Source: a virus. Taken from it: DNA of 64,000 nt. The notes under the pieces were generated by a model. The model was not told the DNA's origin and did not search any database. It saw only the letters and a program-made list of their open reading frames with translations. Position numbers and translations under genes: made by a program. Numbering within the stretch: the stretch's first letter is position 1; every line of letters starts with the position of its first letter. The stretch is from positions 3,405 through 67,404 of the IMG/VR virus record IMGVR_UViG_3300015371_000025, one strand, 5' to 3'. Below, one piece after another: positions 35,017 through 45,201 of this stretch.

Positions 35017-35513
35017 CGAGTGAACCGCCCGTGCCACTTGGTTGCCCTGGCGCGCAGCTCGCGGCTGTAGGCCACGGCCGCCGGTCCGGCGCCGTTATAC
35101 CGGCGACAGCCGTCGACATAGCCGTGGTCGCGGATGAGAGCTGCGAGCGTCTGGAACGCCACACTCGCGTTGTGCTCGGTCTTCCAGCAGCCGCCACGCC
35201 GATCAGCGAGATCCTGAGTCTCCCACCACGTCAACTGGAAGACGCCGACGCCCTGCATCCTGCGGTTGCCCGACGCGCGGCGCCGAGCCTTGTAGATGAG
35301 GTACTTCGCCCGCGTGACCGTGCCCCAGCCCACGCAGATCGTCGGATCGTGCCCGAAGACGTTGTGGAAGGCCGACTCCTGCTCGGCAAGCGCGAAGGCG
35401 AGCGAGATGGGGAGCTTCCACCGGCGAGCTTGATCGATGATGACCCGAGCGATGCCCTCCCGGCACCCGTGCGCTCGGGCGATTGCGATGTATGTCTCGT
35501 CGACTGTAGTCAT
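35013..35513 (-). CDS. Lytic transglycosylase (SLT/lysozyme-like) endolysin
   Basis: FALAEQESAF (catalytic Glu), GVGVFQLT, RRYNG. Confidence 0.8.
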   Translation of the reverse strand: MTTVDETYIAIARAHGCREGIARVIIDQARRWKLPISLAFALAEQESAFHNVFGHDPTICVGWGTVTRAKYLIYKARRRASGNRRMQGVGVFQLTWWETQDLADRRGGCWKTEHNASVAFQTLAALIRDHGYVDGCRRYNGAGPAAVAYSRELRARATKWHGRFTR

Positions 35514-35517
35514 GTAG

Positions 35518-35949
35518 CTACTCCGGACGAAGGGGCGGGCTACCCGCGCTCTGGCCGATACTGCCTGCCGACTCGCCCTCGAGAACCGGCGGCACGTCGT
35601 CGTTGTCCGTGTCCTTGCCTAGCGCCTCGGTCGGCAGATCCACCGGCGACACGTCCTCCACGTCGTCGGGGTGCAGCTCGTCAACCTCGGGATCGGACAC
35701 CCCGCCGGTCGCGGCTTCGGCGACGACGGCGTTGGACTTGATGTCGCTGACGTTGCGGCCGATGCGGATGGCGGCGTCGGCGCCGAGGATGCCCAGCGCC
35801 CAGATGCCCGTCGTCTGGAGAGCGTCCTGCTGCTCCGGCGACAGGCTGTAGACGCCAAACGCGTTGAGCAGAGCGGCGAGGATCGGAACTCCCGACACGA
35901 TCTGTGCCGGGGTAATGTCGGGCCTGTTGCCCTTGAAGACTTGCAACAT
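35518..35949 (-). CDS. Putative holin (two TM helices, acidic tail)
   Basis: Hydrophobic segments IVSGVPILAALLNAFGV and GIWALGILGADAAI; lies between two endolysins; AGGAGG SD. Confidence 0.62.
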   Translation of the reverse strand: MLQVFKGNRPDITPAQIVSGVPILAALLNAFGVYSLSPEQQDALQTTGIWALGILGADAAIRIGRNVSDIKSNAVVAEAATGGVSDPEVDELHPDDVEDVSPVDLPTEALGKDTDNDDVPPVLEGESAGSIGQSAGSPPLRPE

Positions 35950-35962
35950 GTAGTTACCCCTC

Positions 35963-36580
35963 CTACTGGGTGAGCTGCTTGAAGTACGCGTACCGACGCT
36001 TACGCTGAGCCTTGCCCCAGCCACCGTCCTTGGCCGCCCTGTAGATGTTCTTGCGACGATCGATGAACCAGCGGAAGAGCTGGCCCCGGCGCTGCTTGTT
36101 GACGCCACGCGCCTTGAGGCTCTGGTACTCGCGGACCTTACTGCGCTCCTCGGCCGTGAGGAACCAGAGCGGATCCTTCTTCGGGGGCTTGTACCCGCCG
36201 ACGTAGGTCCAGTGCCACGCCTCGCCGACACGTGCTCCTTCGGCGTGGCTCCACCCGTACGTGTGGGCGTGGCGCGAGAGCCAGTTGTAGACGCCCGGCC
36301 CGAGCACGAAATCGATCGCCTGACCTTTTCCGTGATTCGAGGTGCCCGGAACAGCGGCCCGGAAGCACATGCCCCGGCCGCACCACCAGTTGCGCCAGTA
36401 GCGCTGTCGCGCGATGGGCCTGTACCCGTCCGCGACCTTGAGCGTGACGCCATCCCTGGCTGCCGCCGCCCGCATGGCGACGAATGAATCGTGGACCGCT
36501 CCCTTGAGCAGATACTCGCCTGGCGACCCAGGGACCGACGCCAGCGCGCTCTGTGGGATTCGGCCATTCGCATAGGCCAT
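35963..36580 (-). CDS. M15 family (VanY-like) D-Ala-D-Ala carboxypeptidase endolysin
   Basis: DGYRP, AAVPGTSNHGKGQAID (SxHxxGxAxD), EAWHW. Confidence 0.85.
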   Translation of the reverse strand: MAYANGRIPQSALASVPGSPGEYLLKGAVHDSFVAMRAAAARDGVTLKVADGYRPIARQRYWRNWWCGRGMCFRAAVPGTSNHGKGQAIDFVLGPGVYNWLSRHAHTYGWSHAEGARVGEAWHWTYVGGYKPPKKDPLWFLTAEERSKVREYQSLKARGVNKQRRGQLFRWFIDRRKNIYRAAKDGGWGKAQRKRRYAYFKQLTQ

Positions 36581-36605
36581 GACTACGATCCTACCCTGAT
36601 CTCGT

Positions 36606-37223
36606 TCAGATAGCGCACAAGAGGCTCAACAAATCCTCATCATCTTGCAGCGCCAAGCTCCACGTATACGCGGGCTCGCGACGAGACGGGGTGACGAACA
36701 CGACTTCACGAACGGCGCTGGCGCTACCCGGAACGACGCGCTCGTACGCCTTGACGGCGTGAGCTGCCGAAGTGAACTCGGCACGGATGGGCTCGAGCCG
36801 TGGGCCTTCGACCTGCGCGCCGAAGCGGAACTCAACGCGCTCGCCGACGATCGGCCCGAAGAAGCCTGCCTGGCCGGTGCCGCTCGCTCCCTCTTCGACC
36901 GGCGGCGGTGCGACCGGCTCCTGGACGCTGTACGAGATCGTGCGCGTAACTCCGACAACGACATTCGAGGCGGCGATCCCGTAAGGCAGCTCGCGCGTGA
37001 TCCCGACGATGACCGGCTCGACGTGGGCGCCGCCGTCGACCAGATACGGCAGGCGCCGGAAGAGGCCGACGTTGATCGGCCCCTCGGGGACCGGATCGCT
37101 CGTGACCTCGATGGCGAACCACGAGTGTCCCAAACCACCATCGCCAGGCTGAACAGATGGAGTAGCTCGACGCCCACCATAGGTCCCTGAGCCGTATGTG
37201 CCGGAGCCGTATGTGCCCATCAA
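36606..37223 (-). CDS. Putative virion protein (N-terminal GTYGS repeats)
   Basis: GTYGSGTYGSGTYGG; lies in the structural operon. Confidence 0.6.
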   Translation of the reverse strand: MMGTYGSGTYGSGTYGGRRATPSVQPGDGGLGHSWFAIEVTSDPVPEGPINVGLFRRLPYLVDGGAHVEPVIVGITRELPYGIAASNVVVGVTRTISYSVQEPVAPPPVEEGASGTGQAGFFGPIVGERVEFRFGAQVEGPRLEPIRAEFTSAAHAVKAYERVVPGSASAVREVVFVTPSRREPAYTWSLALQDDEDLLSLLCAI

Positions 37224-37305
37224 TACGGTCCGTGATCATTCATACACATGTAGTAGCCCAGCACCCCCAGGGCGATGATGATGAGCGCTGTGGGAACGTA
37301 ATCCA

Positions 37306-37539
37306 CTACGACGGGATGCGACCTTGCGGACCGAACAGGTGAGGGTTGAGCTGCTCGGGTGTCGGCGCCGACTGGTTCTCGGGCGGCAGCGCCGGGTTCT
37401 TGAGGAGCCGTGCGAAATCGTCCGGCGTGACAGCAACGGGCGGATACTCAACACCCTGCTGAAATCCCGAAACCGTCGCGTGCTCCTCGGCGACAGCCTT
37501 CTCCCAGTCAGCGGCCTTCTGCTTCTCGTCATCAGCCAT
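37306..37539 (-). CDS. Hypothetical protein
   Basis: TGATG overlap; MADDEKQKAADWE... Confidence 0.6.
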   Translation of the reverse strand: MADDEKQKAADWEKAVAEEHATVSGFQQGVEYPPVAVTPDDFARLLKNPALPPENQSAPTPEQLNPHLFGPQGRIPS

Positions 37540-38429
37540 CACGCGCTCCAGTTCCCGGCCGCATCCTGGACGAACACCTTCACAACCTTCGTGCCGTCGC
37601 CCGCGCTGGCGGCCTGGATGTCGCGGGCGTCGAGCACGACGGCCTGCGTCGCCGCAGCCGTCTTGGCGCCACCGGAGGTGCCGGTGGAGCCGTTCGTCGT
37701 GCCGATCACGGTACCGCTGCCGCGCGCCGAGCCCGAGTTGGCCACGACGGCGATCTCCCAGGCAGTAATTGCCTCGGAGCCGACCGTGAAGGTGAAGTTC
37801 ACCGTGCGCTTGCCGGACAGAATCGAAACCTTGGTCGCGTCCGGGCCGGTGGTGATGTCGACGGTCGGGACCGTCGTGTCGACCGTGATCGACTGTGTGA
37901 GTGTGGAGGTCTCGTTCCACACATCGTCGCGGATGCGGGCCGAGACCGACTTGGATCCGTCGCCGGTCGTGAGGCGAACAGCCTGGTTAGCTGTAAACGG
38001 ACCCGAACCTGTCCATGTAGGTGAGATCCATGAGGATGATCCCTGGGCGGTCTGGATCGACGCGTTGAAGGCCGGGTCTACGCCTGCGCCCCAGATGAGG
38101 ATCTGGTACCCGGTGACCGGGTTGTCCGTCGTCGTGAGCGCTGCGGTGATGTCGCGCGACGTGGTGACCGTGGCGCCGCCGTTGAGCGCGAGCGCTGCAC
38201 CGCCAGGAGCGGTCGTGTCCAGGATGACATTGAAGCTCGAGGCACCACCGGCGAGAGGGATGAACTCCTCCCAGATGCCCTGCCAATCGTCGGGCTCGAG
38301 GCGCCGTCCCTCTGCGCGTCTGAGCGCTCGGTTGCTCCGTCGCGACTCGACGAACTCCCGCGAAGGGAGTCGACGGTCGGCGCCCCGCAGGACCAGCTCT
38401 CGTGCCTCAACGACTGTCAGATCGCTCAT
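37539..38429 (-). CDS. Virion structural protein with Ig-like domains
   Basis: Thr/Gly-rich beta strands, LDTTAP/VDTTVP, C-terminal KVFVQDAAGNWS. Confidence 0.72.
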   Translation of the reverse strand: MSDLTVVEARELVLRGADRRLPSREFVESRRSNRALRRAEGRRLEPDDWQGIWEEFIPLAGGASSFNVILDTTAPGGAALALNGGATVTTSRDITAALTTTDNPVTGYQILIWGAGVDPAFNASIQTAQGSSSWISPTWTGSGPFTANQAVRLTTGDGSKSVSARIRDDVWNETSTLTQSITVDTTVPTVDITTGPDATKVSILSGKRTVNFTFTVGSEAITAWEIAVVANSGSARGSGTVIGTTNGSTGTSGGAKTAAATQAVVLDARDIQAASAGDGTKVVKVFVQDAAGNWSA

Positions 38430-38452
38430 ATCGCTCCGATCATACCCAGGAT

Positions 38453-40213
38453 TCAGGTGGACCAATTTCCCGCCGCGTCTTTCACGAAGACCTTGAACAG
38501 ATTCGTACCCTCAGATGCCGCCGCCGCAACGATCTCATCATCGGTGAGGGCCATCGTGTACTGCGTGACTCCTCCGGACGATGCGGGCTTGTAGGCCGCA
38601 ATCGAATCGGACCACAGGACTGACGACGCAAGAGTTCCTGTATGTTGATACGTACCGGCCGCCACGTTGATCTGCTCATCGACCGACAGACCCTTGCCTG
38701 CGGAAACAACCTCATCGATCTCTGTCCAGGCCCCGCCGGGGGAGTGGGACGGAGAGGAGGAGTTGTAGCCACAAGCCCCGATGAGCAAGTCCTGCGCCGT
38801 GGTTACGACGGAACCACTCGCGGGCGCCGTGGAAGTGCCCTTGCCCGTGTTGTCGGACTTGTCCAGCCACGTCGTAGCGTGTAGACCACTGTATTCATAG
38901 GCGGCCATATGGCGGTACGTGACGCTGGCGCTGACCGTCATCGTGATCGTCTGACCGGCGGTCAATGCGGTCGTACACTTCGCCGAAGCGATGGCCGAAT
39001 AGGCTCCTGTGGCATTGCCATCGTCAGTCAGAGTGTCAACAGTGTAGGTATTGCCAGCCTGATCCGCGACCGAGACGGTCAGACCCAGGGCTCCGGAGAA
39101 CCCCATCACGACAACGATGTGGTTGCCAACCGAGACGTTCGAGGGAAGCGTGATCGTGAGCGTCGCACCGCTTGTGCCGGATTGCGTCGGCGTTGCCTTC
39201 TGGACGCGAGTGATCGACCCTGCGATCGTCGCCTGCTCGACCAGCGTCCCCATCGTGCGCGTGTCGCTAGCAGAGGCGACCTTGCGCACCATGTACTCCA
39301 CGAACGCCTCATCAGCCGTGACGGTGGCGTTCACGACATCCTTGCCTGCGACGCGAGAGATCTTCGCGGCCGAGATGTTGATGACGTTGATGGTTCCGGG
39401 CGGCGTCGTGTCCGCCCCGCCAGCAACAAACAGGTTCGATCGGCCCTGTCCTGAACGCCCCTGACCAGCACGTCTATTTGTAGGTGAAGCTCCAGTACCG
39501 TCGTATGTCCACCCGAGAGACGTGGCGTTGTCGAGCACCGGCGCGGAGTTGGCGGCGATCGAACCGACACCTCCCATAAGATCAACCGGGCTTGCTGCGG
39601 TGAACTCGATAAGAGATACAGGGGCGCCCGCAGCGTGATTCGCCAGGTCGCTCGTCTTGTTGTTCGCGCCACAGGCCATGCGGTTCGTCTGATCCATCGC
39701 GACGCCGGTCCAGGCTGCGAAAACACCTACACGGCCAGAGAGAAGATCCACCCACGAAGCACCGGGGTAACCACCGAAGATCAAGCCGCCGGTCGACGGC
39801 AGTGCAACATCGTTCTGACCATTTGTAGACGATGAGCCGTGAGTCCACGCCGACGTGTTCATGTTCTTGATGCTCCACTGGGGAGCGGCCAGCCCGGCGG
39901 CCTTGCTCAGTACAACGAGCAGCGGCACGTCGGTCAGCGTTCCGAGCCCGTGGGTGAAGTTGTGGTTCGCGCCGTTGTCCTGCTGGCTGAGGATCGTGCT
40001 GCTCTGCCACTCGAACCCAGCACGCACGGCGAACCCGACGCCTGGGTTGTCATTCAGGACCCAGCCGATGTCCCATCCATCCGTGCCGCCCGTCCACGAG
40101 CTGCGCGACATGAGGATGACTGCGGTGAAGGCGCCCGTTGGAAGGTTGCGAAGAGCTGTGCTTAGTGTTGAGAAGACAAGACGATCGTCGACCCCATCGA
40201 AGAGGAACGCCAT
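38453..40213 (-). CDS. Minor tail/fibre protein (N-terminal LamG/ConA-like region plus Ig-like domains)
   Basis: MAFLFDGVDD start typical of LamG-like domains; C-terminal KVFVKDAAGNWST. Confidence 0.72.
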   Translation of the reverse strand: MAFLFDGVDDRLVFSTLSTALRNLPTGAFTAVILMSRSSWTGGTDGWDIGWVLNDNPGVGFAVRAGFEWQSSTILSQQDNGANHNFTHGLGTLTDVPLLVVLSKAAGLAAPQWSIKNMNTSAWTHGSSSTNGQNDVALPSTGGLIFGGYPGASWVDLLSGRVGVFAAWTGVAMDQTNRMACGANNKTSDLANHAAGAPVSLIEFTAASPVDLMGGVGSIAANSAPVLDNATSLGWTYDGTGASPTNRRAGQGRSGQGRSNLFVAGGADTTPPGTINVINISAAKISRVAGKDVVNATVTADEAFVEYMVRKVASASDTRTMGTLVEQATIAGSITRVQKATPTQSGTSGATLTITLPSNVSVGNHIVVVMGFSGALGLTVSVADQAGNTYTVDTLTDDGNATGAYSAIASAKCTTALTAGQTITMTVSASVTYRHMAAYEYSGLHATTWLDKSDNTGKGTSTAPASGSVVTTAQDLLIGACGYNSSSPSHSPGGAWTEIDEVVSAGKGLSVDEQINVAAGTYQHTGTLASSVLWSDSIAAYKPASSGGVTQYTMALTDDEIVAAAASEGTNLFKVFVKDAAGNWST

Positions 40214-40554
40214 CAGAACACCCGGCGATCGGACTCCACGCAGGGGGCGGGGCTCGACTCGTCGTGCGGGCAGTCGTGCTTGGCGATCCAGGAACCCGCT
40301 ACGGGTCCATTTACTCCCTGTAGCTGATTCGACAGGTCGACATAGAACTGATCCCGAGAAGCCGAATCAAGGAAACGAAACTCGCACACGAGCGTGGGGG
40401 CCGGAGCGTCTCGTGGCGAGAGGCTATCTGCATCCTCAACGACGATCGGCCCCCACGTTCCCAATCCTGTCATGCGAGTCACGACGTAGCTGTGCGCGTT
40501 GTCGCGCCGAGAAGCATTCTGAAACGCCATCGCTGCGTTGACGGCGTAGACCAT
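40213..40554 (-). CDS. Hypothetical virion-region protein
   Basis: TGATG overlaps on both sides. Confidence 0.65.
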   Translation of the reverse strand: MVYAVNAAMAFQNASRRDNAHSYVVTRMTGLGTWGPIVVEDADSLSPRDAPAPTLVCEFRFLDSASRDQFYVDLSNQLQGVNGPVAGSWIAKHDCPHDESSPAPCVESDRRVF

Positions 40555-40811
40555 CAACGGATGATCTGGACAGTCTGCGCGGCAGGCCAGCTCACTGCCA
40601 TGACGGTGCCCAGCCTGTCGAGCGTCAGGGATCGGTTACCGCTCGTTGTGGCGCCGGTCGCGGTGACCTTAGCCCGCGCCCCTACAAGATAGTCGTTTAC
40701 CGCCAAGTCAGAGACTAGACAGTTGTAGACAACTCCAGATGGAAGGCCGCCGTTGCGGTACTGGAGCCACCAGTTCGCGAGCGTCGTGCCAGCCTGTGAG
40801 GTGAGAGCCAT
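40554..40811 (-). CDS. Hypothetical virion-region protein
   Basis: TGATG overlap. Confidence 0.62.
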   Translation of the reverse strand: MALTSQAGTTLANWWLQYRNGGLPSGVVYNCLVSDLAVNDYLVGARAKVTATGATTSGNRSLTLDRLGTVMAVSWPAAQTVQIIR

Positions 40812-41521
40812 CAGTTGATATACATGTCGCCGAAGGAGCCCCTCTTCACAACGTTGCCGCTCGCCGTGGTGACCTCATTCGCAGCCTGTATCTGAATACT
40901 GCCAGTTGCGGAGGGGTTAGACAGGATCCCCTCGATGATCACCGGGAAGTTGATGCCGACCGGCACGATGTCGGCCACCACGGAATCGCCAGAGGAGGTG
41001 ATGTAGCCCTCCCAGGGGGAGTTCGTCACCGTCATGGTGGCCTGTCCGGTACCTGCGGCCGGGTTCGGGTCAATCGTGCGAGGAATCGTGACCTTGGCTG
41101 AGACGTAGCCCGTGAGCGCCGGGCACGTCAGGCCCACGCGGATTCCGTTCGTGGCGCCCGCTGAGGACGTGCAGATGAGGATGACCTTGAAGGCGTAGTC
41201 GAGACCAGTGGTGCTGATCGGCAGCACCATGTCCGTGATGTTCGTGAGCGCCGTAACCGAGGAGAGAGTCTGATCGGCTGTCTTGCGGCATGTAGTACGA
41301 GCAGCAAGCCGAGCTGCCATGTCGACGAAGGTGCCGGAGGGGTTGTTCCCCATCTCCAGCTCGGCTGCCGCCATGAAGAGCGCCAGCTTGTTGTGCTCGA
41401 GAGCGTGTGTACCCTCTGCCGCATCAGAGCCATCCGTCGTGCCGTCGCTATGGCTCGTGTCGTTGCGCCAGTTCGACTTGGGCGCGGCGTCCTGCGTTGT
41501 CGGCCAGTTGATCGTCGCCAT
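40811..41521 (-). CDS. Putative minor tail/fibre protein
   Basis: RKTADQTL...GSIQIQAANE...VKRGS pattern typical of actinophage minor tail proteins. Confidence 0.65.
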   Translation of the reverse strand: MATINWPTTQDAAPKSNWRNDTSHSDGTTDGSDAAEGTHALEHNKLALFMAAAELEMGNNPSGTFVDMAARLAARTTCRKTADQTLSSVTALTNITDMVLPISTTGLDYAFKVILICTSSAGATNGIRVGLTCPALTGYVSAKVTIPRTIDPNPAAGTGQATMTVTNSPWEGYITSSGDSVVADIVPVGINFPVIIEGILSNPSATGSIQIQAANEVTTASGNVVKRGSFGDMYIN

Positions 41522-41898
41522 CAGGCAACGCTCACGGCCACAACGACGAAGTTGAAGTCGTAGCGGCCTTCGTGATCAGAGAACGTATACATGGACCGAG
41601 CCCAGAACATGAACCCGTCACCTGGATACAGTACATCGGGGAACTTGAGGACGGCACCTGGATCTCGCCATTCGCCCGGCTTGCCGTCGCTGTTGGCTGC
41701 GAGCTGCACCTTGCTGGCGCCGTCACCCGCAGTTGCAATCTCCAGCTCGCGCATCACCGTGGTGCCGTTGTTGAGCCCGAAGATGGGACGAGCTTCGCCG
41801 GTGGCGTACTCGCCCTCGATCATGGTCTCGCCGAGCCCCACCTCGCTGACGCTCTGCGTGTGAGCGGGGTCGGCGTAGAGCGCGAGGCTAGCTGGCAT
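41521..41898 (-). CDS. Putative virion protein
   Basis: TGATG overlaps; structural operon. Confidence 0.65.
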   Translation of the reverse strand: MPASLALYADPAHTQSVSEVGLGETMIEGEYATGEARPIFGLNNGTTVMRELEIATAGDGASKVQLAANSDGKPGEWRDPGAVLKFPDVLYPGDGFMFWARSMYTFSDHEGRYDFNFVVVAVSVA

Positions 41899-42662
41899 CA
41901 GTCGAACACCTCACGCACGCCGGTGATGAGCTTCGTGTCGGGGTCGCGCGTCGGGATGAGGTTGCGCGGCTTGGGCTCGGGGATGTTCACCGTGACCGGC
42001 GCGTCGACCTTGATCTCGATCTCGCGGAAGGCGTCGCGCATGGCGTCGGCGAACTCGACGCGCTCCTCTTCCTCGGGGTCGAACTCGACGGCCGAGAACG
42101 AGACCGTGTGGCCCTTCTCCTCGAACCACTTCTTGACCTCGGCCTCGTCATGGCCGCGTGACGCGACGACGCTGACGATCTGGTCGACTTCTGATGGCTG
42201 TAGGTTATTCATCGCCTTGCGCAAGAAGCCCTTGGGTGCGCTGACCCTGACTTTGCGACGGCCCTGCTTCATCGCGTCGTTCGTGCTGCGGAACTGCTGA
42301 TCGAGCAAGTCGGCGATGTCAGCGATGCGCTGCTGCCGAACGAGCGCCAGGAAGCCCTGGATGTCGACCTGATCGACGTTCTTCGCGCGACCGGCGAGGA
42401 ACTCCCTGATGTCGCCCTCCTGGGGATCGTCGAACTCGCGAGCAGCGTCCCGAGCTGCGGCGACCATCCGGGCGAACTCGTGCGGGTCGACGTTAGCCGG
42501 GGCCGGGGTGCGCTTCTTGGCGCCACCGCTGCCGAACTTACCTGAGCGCGTGTCGTGGCGCGGGTTGCCACTGCGGGCGTTGGCGTCGATCGTGCTCGAG
42601 CCCGAGCCCACAACGTCGGCCAGCTCGACCGGCATCCCGTGGCGGAAGACGAACATGGTCAT
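41898..42662 (-). CDS. Head-morphogenesis-associated protein
   Basis: Directly downstream of portal; NPRHDTRSGKFGSGG resembles the HxRDxxGRF motif of head-region proteins. Confidence 0.62.
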   Translation of the reverse strand: MTMFVFRHGMPVELADVVGSGSSTIDANARSGNPRHDTRSGKFGSGGAKKRTPAPANVDPHEFARMVAAARDAAREFDDPQEGDIREFLAGRAKNVDQVDIQGFLALVRQQRIADIADLLDQQFRSTNDAMKQGRRKVRVSAPKGFLRKAMNNLQPSEVDQIVSVVASRGHDEAEVKKWFEEKGHTVSFSAVEFDPEEEERVEFADAMRDAFREIEIKVDAPVTVNIPEPKPRNLIPTRDPDTKLITGVREVFD

Positions 42663-45199
42663 GTCGTCACCAGCAGTTCACCTACACGCAGCATGTACTC
42701 GGTTCTCGTTTCCTCGGGCACGTCGCTCGAGAAGTACAGGACGTTGCCTTCGGAGTCGAAGGAGATGTCCTCGCCCTCGGGCAGAATGGAACGGTCCTCG
42801 TCGATCTGATAGGTCAGCTCGACCGGCAGGATCCGCCAGCCGAGCGTGCCGTTCGGGTGCTCGCGCTCCTGGAAGGCGTCGGCAACGTTGAAGACCTGCC
42901 CGTTGCGCGCCTTGCACAGCTCATCGCCGGTGCCGTCGAGCGCCTGAACCTGGGCGCCTGCGGTCTCTGCGGCGATGAGCGTGGCCGCGTTGTAGGCGTC
43001 GCGGATCTCGGTGCGGGCCAGCCGGTCGGCCTTCCAATCGGGGAACTCCTCGAAGTGCGACCGCACGTCGTCGGCGAGCGTCTTGGCATCCGTGACGCCC
43101 TCGCTGATCCTGTTCGCCAGGAAGTCGGTCAGCTCTTCGCGCGTCGTGAAGGACACGTTGGAGACGAACTCAGCGGCATGGGTCTTGATCCAATCGTCGA
43201 GCCGGGCATCCTCGGGCTCGGCCTTGACCTTCGAGCGCTTGGTCTCGACCTTGGCGGCACGGTCCATGACGCGCTTGTAGATGCCCGTAGTCCTGTCCAG
43301 GACTCGGCCGAGCTTGTCCGTGTTGGTCTCCCACGCCTTGACGATCCTGCGGGCAAGGCGCCGGATGTCCTCGCTCACGTCGGCCAGCTCGATCGTGTCC
43401 TGCTCGCTGAGGAACTCGGCGAAGGACTTGTACTCCTCGTCGTACATCGAGCGCCACTCCTGCCACAGCTCGCGGGCAGCGCGGCGCACCTGGGGATCCT
43501 CGTACTGAACCGCGCTGGGCAGCTTCTCGAGGAACGCCGTGGTCGAATCCGAGAGGTAGATGATCTCCCGTGGCTGTACGTAGGCATTGAAGCCGGTGGA
43601 GCTGGGCTGCACGCCGACCTGTCCGGCACCGGCAGAGGCGCCGGGCACGGGAGCGATGGCCTCGGGCGGGCCGAGAGCCGCCTGCTGCTCGGCCTGGATC
43701 TTCGCCTCGCGCGCCTGCTGGTCCTTGAAGGGCAGGATCGGGATCCCGGCGTCCTCGAGAACCTTCTGGAGATCGGTGAACTTCATCAGCTCGCGGGCGC
43801 CGAAGTCCTGCTGACCGATGAGCTGGATGATCGAGTTGCGGGCGTCGACATCCTGATCGGCGAAGCCCTGCATGACGATGTTGGCCGCGCCACCGTTCGT
43901 GAGGAACTCGGGGAAATTGGTGGCGAGGAACTGCGGGATCATCCAGCGGTTGATGCTCTCGACGAGCTGCGCGCCGAGCACGGCCTGCGACTCGGTGAAG
44001 CTCTCGCCCATCTCCTTCGCGACGTTACGGCTCGAGGTGCCGCCCTTGCCTTCGAGGAACGCCTGCTCGGGAATCCACAGGGAACGGAGCTTGGCTACAT
44101 CCAGGTAGTCGAAGCTCTTGTCGAACGGGTTGAAGTCAATCGCGTCCTTGATCGTCTCGATGTCCCAGAGGCGAATGCCGGACGGCTTGCCATCCATCTC
44201 CCCCATGTAGACCTCGGACGGCAGGGAGATCGTCGACCCGGCCCGCATCCGCTCGCCCATGTCGAGCGCATACTCGCGCGCCGAAATGACCGTGCCGTCG
44301 CCGAGATCCACCTCGGTGTCCGGGTGGCGGACGACAAGCCCAGGATCCGACTTCTTCTCGAAGGCACGGTCGGCGATGGCCCAGCGGAACCAGTAGCTCC
44401 ACCAGTAGCGGAAGGCGTAGCCCAGGCGCGGGTAGCCGAAGATGTTGCCGTCGTTCGACTCCTTCTCGTGCGTGGCCCACAGCGCGTGGTACACGTCGAT
44501 CTTGAAGGTGGCCTGATCGCCCTGCTGCACGGCGCCGATTGCGGCCGGTGCGTTCTGCTGGTTGTAGAGGATGCCGTTGAAGTCGCCGCTGCCGGTGAAG
44601 ATCGGCTCGATGACCTCGGGCGCGAGCGCCACGAACGGCTTCCACATGATCGGCTGCACGTTGCCCTGCGACCACAGCGGGCTCTCGGTCTGGTTGCCGC
44701 TGTCGTCGGTCGTGATAAACGTGCCGGACGGCTGCCGCGCCTCGTAGCGCTTGGCCATGCCGGAGAAGCCGAAGTCCAGGATCCGCATGAACTGGAAGAC
44801 GTAGCTCGCGTAGATCCGGCGCAGAGCCCAGTCGACGTTCGCGGCCACCTCGGCGTTCGGGCCGTTGTTGTCCTTGGCGTCGATGAACCACTTCGCACGG
44901 GCGAACGGCGTGCGGATGAAGCTGAGGCCGAAGGCGAGCATCGGGTCGCGGCGCATGAGGCGCAGGCGCGAGAGCGGGATGCGCTCGACATCGAAGGGAT
45001 CCCCGAGCTGGTCGCGGACTCGAGCCCAGTTGACATTGGCGCCCGCCTGCTGGCGAGTCGACGGCGCCTGCTCCTTGCCCGTGATTGACGCCTGGATCGC
45101 GGAGAGTTCCTCTGGGGTGACATCACCTACAGGAACGTTCCCTCGCCGACCGTTGTTGCGGGTCGGTCGCTGGCGCTTCACAGTCGGGACTGTAGGCAT
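42659..45199 (-). CDS. Portal protein (DUF935/Mu gp29-like) fused to a MuF-like minor head domain
   Basis: Follows TerL; ILDFGFS...E and GNIFGYPRL...YW motifs; C-terminal ADRLARTEIRDAYN...C..RNG...HPNG. Confidence 0.82.
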   Translation of the reverse strand: MPTVPTVKRQRPTRNNGRRGNVPVGDVTPEELSAIQASITGKEQAPSTRQQAGANVNWARVRDQLGDPFDVERIPLSRLRLMRRDPMLAFGLSFIRTPFARAKWFIDAKDNNGPNAEVAANVDWALRRIYASYVFQFMRILDFGFSGMAKRYEARQPSGTFITTDDSGNQTESPLWSQGNVQPIMWKPFVALAPEVIEPIFTGSGDFNGILYNQQNAPAAIGAVQQGDQATFKIDVYHALWATHEKESNDGNIFGYPRLGYAFRYWWSYWFRWAIADRAFEKKSDPGLVVRHPDTEVDLGDGTVISAREYALDMGERMRAGSTISLPSEVYMGEMDGKPSGIRLWDIETIKDAIDFNPFDKSFDYLDVAKLRSLWIPEQAFLEGKGGTSSRNVAKEMGESFTESQAVLGAQLVESINRWMIPQFLATNFPEFLTNGGAANIVMQGFADQDVDARNSIIQLIGQQDFGARELMKFTDLQKVLEDAGIPILPFKDQQAREAKIQAEQQAALGPPEAIAPVPGASAGAGQVGVQPSSTGFNAYVQPREIIYLSDSTTAFLEKLPSAVQYEDPQVRRAARELWQEWRSMYDEEYKSFAEFLSEQDTIELADVSEDIRRLARRIVKAWETNTDKLGRVLDRTTGIYKRVMDRAAKVETKRSKVKAEPEDARLDDWIKTHAAEFVSNVSFTTREELTDFLANRISEGVTDAKTLADDVRSHFEEFPDWKADRLARTEIRDAYNAATLIAAETAGAQVQALDGTGDELCKARNGQVFNVADAFQEREHPNGTLGWRILPVELTYQIDEDRSILPEGEDISFDSEGNVLYFSSDVPEETRTEYMLRVGELLVTT

Positions 45200-45201
45200 A
45201 T

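Noticed and set aside
35950-36573. 351-aa ORF 35518-36573 as one gene
   Set aside because: Its 5' part overlaps the M15 peptidase in another frame; a good SD and ATG at 35949 define the holin-like gene.
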